Shown here: piece after piece, positions 60,882-64,000 of the stretch | Numbering within the stretch: the stretch's first letter is position 1 | Layout of the letters: each line of letters begins with the position of its first letter | Origin: Heterodontus francisci | Taxonomy: Eukaryota | Assembly: GCF_036365525.1 (NCBI RefSeq) | Contig: NC_090416.1 | Location: forward strand, 16,836,945-16,900,944 | Direction: 5' to 3' | DNA: 64,000 bases | Position numbers and translations under genes: made by a program | Notes under the pieces: generated by a model | Databases searched by the model: none | The model's input: only the letters and a program-made list of their open reading frames with translations | Told to the model about the DNA's origin: nothing

Positions 60882-63800
60882 ATGAAGATAACCATAGCCA
60901 GCCTCAACATCAACGGCAGCAGAGGGGCTCACCGCAGATTTCACAATCTCTCAGTCCTTAGGGAAGGGAGATACGCGGTGAGCTTTCTGCAGGAAACCCA
61001 CACCGTTCCGGGAGACGAAGCCACCTGGCTCCTGGAGTGGCAGGGTGGGGTCTACATGAGTCACCTCACCCCTATTTCTAGTGGGGTGGCTATCTTGTTG
61101 GCCCCGACTTTTCAGCCGGAGATCTTGGGGGTCAAGGAGCTAGTGCCGGGCCGCTTGCTCCACCTCGCCGTTCGCCTGGGTAGCGTGCCGCTCCACTTTG
61201 TGAATGTGTACGCGCCCAGGCCCGGCGCTTTGCAAGCGCGCTTCTTTGAAGAAGTGTCCGCTCTCTTGAGCTCCATCGATAGCGGCGAGTGCATCATCCT
61301 CGGGGGGGATTTTAACTGCACCCTCGAGGTGGGGGATCGCTCCGGTCCCCAGCGCGGCCAAGCGTCGGTGGAGAAGTTGAGGGGACTGATCAGCTCCCTT
61401 AACTTGGTGGACGTCTGGCGGAATCTCCATCCCGACTCCAGCGCCTTCACGTGGAGGTCTGGAGGAGGGGGGTCGCGAATCGACCGCCTCTATTTTTCGC
61501 AGGCGTACGTCTCCCGCGTCTCGGCAGCCTCCATGCGGCTGGTGCCGTTCTCGGACCACTGCCTGGTGTGGGCGGAGTTCACTCCGCTCCGCATGCAGGC
61601 GGGGTCCGCGTACTGGCACTTTAACAACCGGCTGCTGGAGGACGAGCGATTTCGGGACTCGTTCTGTCGATTCTGGGCTGACTGGAGAAGGAAGCAGGGG
61701 GGCTTCCCCTCCTTGAGGCTATGGTGGGATGTGGGCAAGGCTCACATCCGCGTCTTCTGTCAGGAGTATGCGAAGGGGTCGACCAAGAGGCGGGAGGCCG
61801 AGATCGGGCGCCTTGAGAGGGAGGTGCTCGACTTGGAGTCCTGCCTCGGTCATGCCGTCGTGGACCCGGCCCTGTGGCAGGCGGACAAAGAGAAGGAGGG
61901 CGCGCTGAGGGACCTGCAGCTCATAGGGTCCCGAGGCGCGTATGTGAGGTCGCGGATCCAGATCCTGGAAGATTTGGACCGCGCCTCACCCTTCTTCTAT
62001 TCGCTGGAAAAATGGCGGGGTGTCCGTAAGCAGCTCGTTGAGCTGCTGGCCGACGACGGATCCTCCATCATGGATCCGGATGGAATGGGCCTCCTGGTCC
62101 GTACTTATTACAGTGCATTGTTGTCTCCGGATCCGTCCAGCGAGGATGCGCGCAGAGCTTTGTGGGAGGACCTGCAGCAGGTCAGCCCGGAGGGCGCCGA
62201 AGGGTTGGAGGCTCCGCTCACGTTGGCGGAGCTGACTGGCGCCCTCCACCAGCTCTCGAGGGGCAAATCCCCAGGGCTGGATGGGTTGACCGTGGAGTTC
62301 CTCAGGGCGTTCTGGGACGTCCTGGGGGACGATTACGCGCGGGTCCTGGGGGAAAGCCTGGTGACTGGGGAGATGCCCCTCTCGTGGCGCAGGGCGGTCA
62401 TCGTTCTGCTGCCGAAGAGGGGCGATCTCCGCCTGCTTAAAAACTGGCGTCCAGTCTCCCTCCTCAGCACGGATTACAAGATCTTTGCCCGGGCTATGTC
62501 TACCCGCCTGGGCTCCGTGCTGGCCCACATGATCCACCCCGACCAGTCCTACACGGTCCCGGGCCGGTCCATCCACCTGGTCCGGGACCTGATCCATCTT
62601 TCCCAGAGGACTGGTCAGTCGGTCGCCTTTCTCTCCCTCGATCAGGAGAAGGCGTTCGACAGGGTGGATCAAGATTTCCTTTTCGGGACTCTGCGCGCTT
62701 TCGGACTCGGGCTGCATTTCGTGGCCCGGGTCAGACTTTTATACGCCGCCGCAGTGTGTCTAGTCAAAGTTAACGGGTCCTTGACGGCGCCCCTTCGATT
62801 TGGGAGAGGAGTGCGTCAGGGGTGCCCCATGTCCGGCCAATTGTATACCATCTGCGTGGAGCCCTTCCTGTGCCTGCTTCGCAGGAGGTTGACGGGATTG
62901 GCTCTGCGCGAGCCGGCCATGCGGGTCGTCCTCTCGGCTTACGCCGACGACGTGCTCCTCACAATCACAGATCCCGTTGACTTGCGGAGGATGCGCGACT
63001 GCCAGCAGACCTTTTCTGCCGCGTCCTCCGCGAGGATCAATTGGGAGAAATGTTCCGGACTCCTGGTGGGTCAGTGGCGGGTGGACTCCCTGCCGGAGGA
63101 GATGACACCTTTTGCGTGGAGCACCACGCACCTCCTCTATCTGGGAGTCCACCTTAGCCCCGCTGAGGAAGCCTGGCCGGCAAACTGGCAGGAGTTGGAG
63201 GCGAAAGTCACCGCTCGGCTGGGGCGCTGGACAGGACTGCTCCGAGTGCTTTCCTACAGGGGCCGAGCGTTGGTCATAAACCAACTGGTGGCCTCCATGC
63301 TGTGGTACCGGTTGGTCACTTTGGCCCCGCCCCCTGTATTTGCCACTAAGATCCAGAAGAAACTTGTCGATTTCTTCTGGGGCAAGAGGAAACACTGGGT
63401 CTCTGCCGCGGTCCTGAGTCTCCCGATCGAGGAGGGCGGTCAGTCGCTGGTGTGCGTCCGCACCCAGGCTGCGACTCTCCGCCTTCGGACCCTGCAGAGA
63501 TACCTGTACGTCGAGCGTCCTCCCAGATGGTGTGCGCTGGCGACGTATTTTTTCCGCCAGTGTCACTGCCTTCAAGACGACACGCAGCTCCCGGTGGAGT
63601 CCGTTAGCCGCGCCTCTCTGAGGGAGTTGCCTGTCTTTTACCGGGATCTTTTCCGAGTCTGGAACATGGTCGCCTCCAGTCAGGGCGCTCCCCCGCCGGC
63701 GGAGGAGAGCGCCTCGGCTGTCCGGGCGGCCGACTCCGGGGACGGTCCGGCGGGCGGAGGAGTAGCCGAAACCCCCGGGGCGCCCCTCACTGCGGGTGGC

Positions 63801-64000
63801 GAGGGGGCTCGGGAGTGCGGAGCGATCCCGGCCGAGTTGACCCCCGCTCGGCCGGAACTGCTCATCGGACCCAGGCCCCGAAACCCTCCTCGGGAGCCGG
63901 TCCCGCACAACCCGAGCCGCCTCTCGGAAATGCCCTCCGTGCCATTCCAATCGGCGCGGAGGGGTTTCCTGTACGGGCTGTTCCTGCACACTCTCCACTT
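60882..64000 (+). CDS. Tx1 ORF2 (APE endonuclease + reverse transcriptase), open to the window end
   Basis: MKITIASLNING, LQETH, GGDFN, SDH, KSPGLDG, LDQEKAFD, GVRQGCP, YADD (62940, in frame). The ORF track lists no stop-terminated ORF in this frame. Confidence 0.9.
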   Translation, partial: MKITIASLNINGSRGAHRRFHNLSVLREGRYAVSFLQETHTVPGDEATWLLEWQGGVYMSHLTPISSGVAILLAPTFQPEILGVKELVPGRLLHLAVRLGSVPLHFVNVYAPRPGALQARFFEEVSALLSSIDSGECIILGGDFNCTLEVGDRSGPQRGQASVEKLRGLISSLNLVDVWRNLHPDSSAFTWRSGGGGSRIDRLYFSQAYVSRVSAASMRLVPFSDHCLVWAEFTPLRMQAGSAYWHFNNRLLEDERFRDSFCRFWADWRRKQGGFPSLRLWWDVGKAHIRVFCQEYAKGSTKRREAEIGRLEREVLDLESCLGHAVVDPALWQADKEKEGALRDLQLIGSRGAYVRSRIQILEDLDRASPFFYSLEKWRGVRKQLVELLADDGSSIMDPDGMGLLVRTYYSALLSPDPSSEDARRALWEDLQQVSPEGAEGLEAPLTLAELTGALHQLSRGKSPGLDGLTVEFLRAFWDVLGDDYARVLGESLVTGEMPLSWRRAVIVLLPKRGDLRLLKNWRPVSLLSTDYKIFARAMSTRLGSVLAHMIHPDQSYTVPGRSIHLVRDLIHLSQRTGQSVAFLSLDQEKAFDRVDQDFLFGTLRAFGLGLHFVARVRLLYAAAVCLVKVNGSLTAPLRFGRGVRQGCPMSGQLYTICVEPFLCLLRRRLTGLALREPAMRVVLSAYADDVLLTITDPVDLRRMRDCQQTFSAASSARINWEKCSGLLVGQWRVDSLPEEMTPFAWSTTHLLYLGVHLSPAEEAWPANWQELEAKVTARLGRWTGLLRVLSYRGRALVINQLVASMLWYRLVTLAPPPVFATKIQKKLVDFFWGKRKHWVSAAVLSLPIEEGGQSLVCVRTQAATLRLRTLQRYLYVERPPRWCALATYFFRQCHCLQDDTQLPVESVSRASLRELPVFYRDLFRVWNMVASSQGAPPPAEESASAVRAADSGDGPAGGGVAETPGAPLTAGGEGARECGAIPAELTPARPELLIGPRPRNPPREPVPHNPSRLSEMPSVPFQSARRGFLYGLFLHTLH

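Larger units (their letters stand above)
58120..64000 (+). mobile_element. Tx1-clade L1 non-LTR retrotransposon, young; 5' boundary approximate, 3' end beyond the window
   Basis: Two long consecutive ORFs with Tx1-type motifs; CpG-rich. Confidence 0.9.

Noticed and set aside
62760-63998. 412-aa minus-strand ORF
   Set aside because: Antisense shadow of the GC-rich Tx1 ORF2.

Overview
Eukaryotic (cartilaginous fish, most likely shark) genomic DNA with several short N gaps. Bases ~1-45,985 are a tandem array with a ~16.3 kb period. It carries two complete, unrearranged minus-strand immunoglobulin light-chain miniloci (leader, V-RSS12, RSS23-J, C) of the elasmobranch type I / NS5 / sigma-cart (sigma-2) class; the window starts in the upstream flank of a probable further unit. 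Each unit also carries a decayed full-length CR1-clade LINE inside a (TCTA)n microsatellite, DeuSINE-like elements with a 33-bp VNTR, and an inverted paralogous copy of the IgL V promoter (octamer intact) facing away from the V gene. Beyond the array edge is a divergent (~54% aa identity, hand count) germline-joined VJ exon. It has a 2-residue CDR3, no RSS, a mutated splice donor that reads through to a terminal Cys, no C exon, and a 1-bp frameshift in a G run. About 4.3 kb further, head-to-head, are exons 1-6 of mrpl9 (+ strand); its intron 6 holds a ~70-bp minisatellite and a young Tx1-clade L1 retrotransposon running off the window. All calls are from reading the sequence; no database search was possible.
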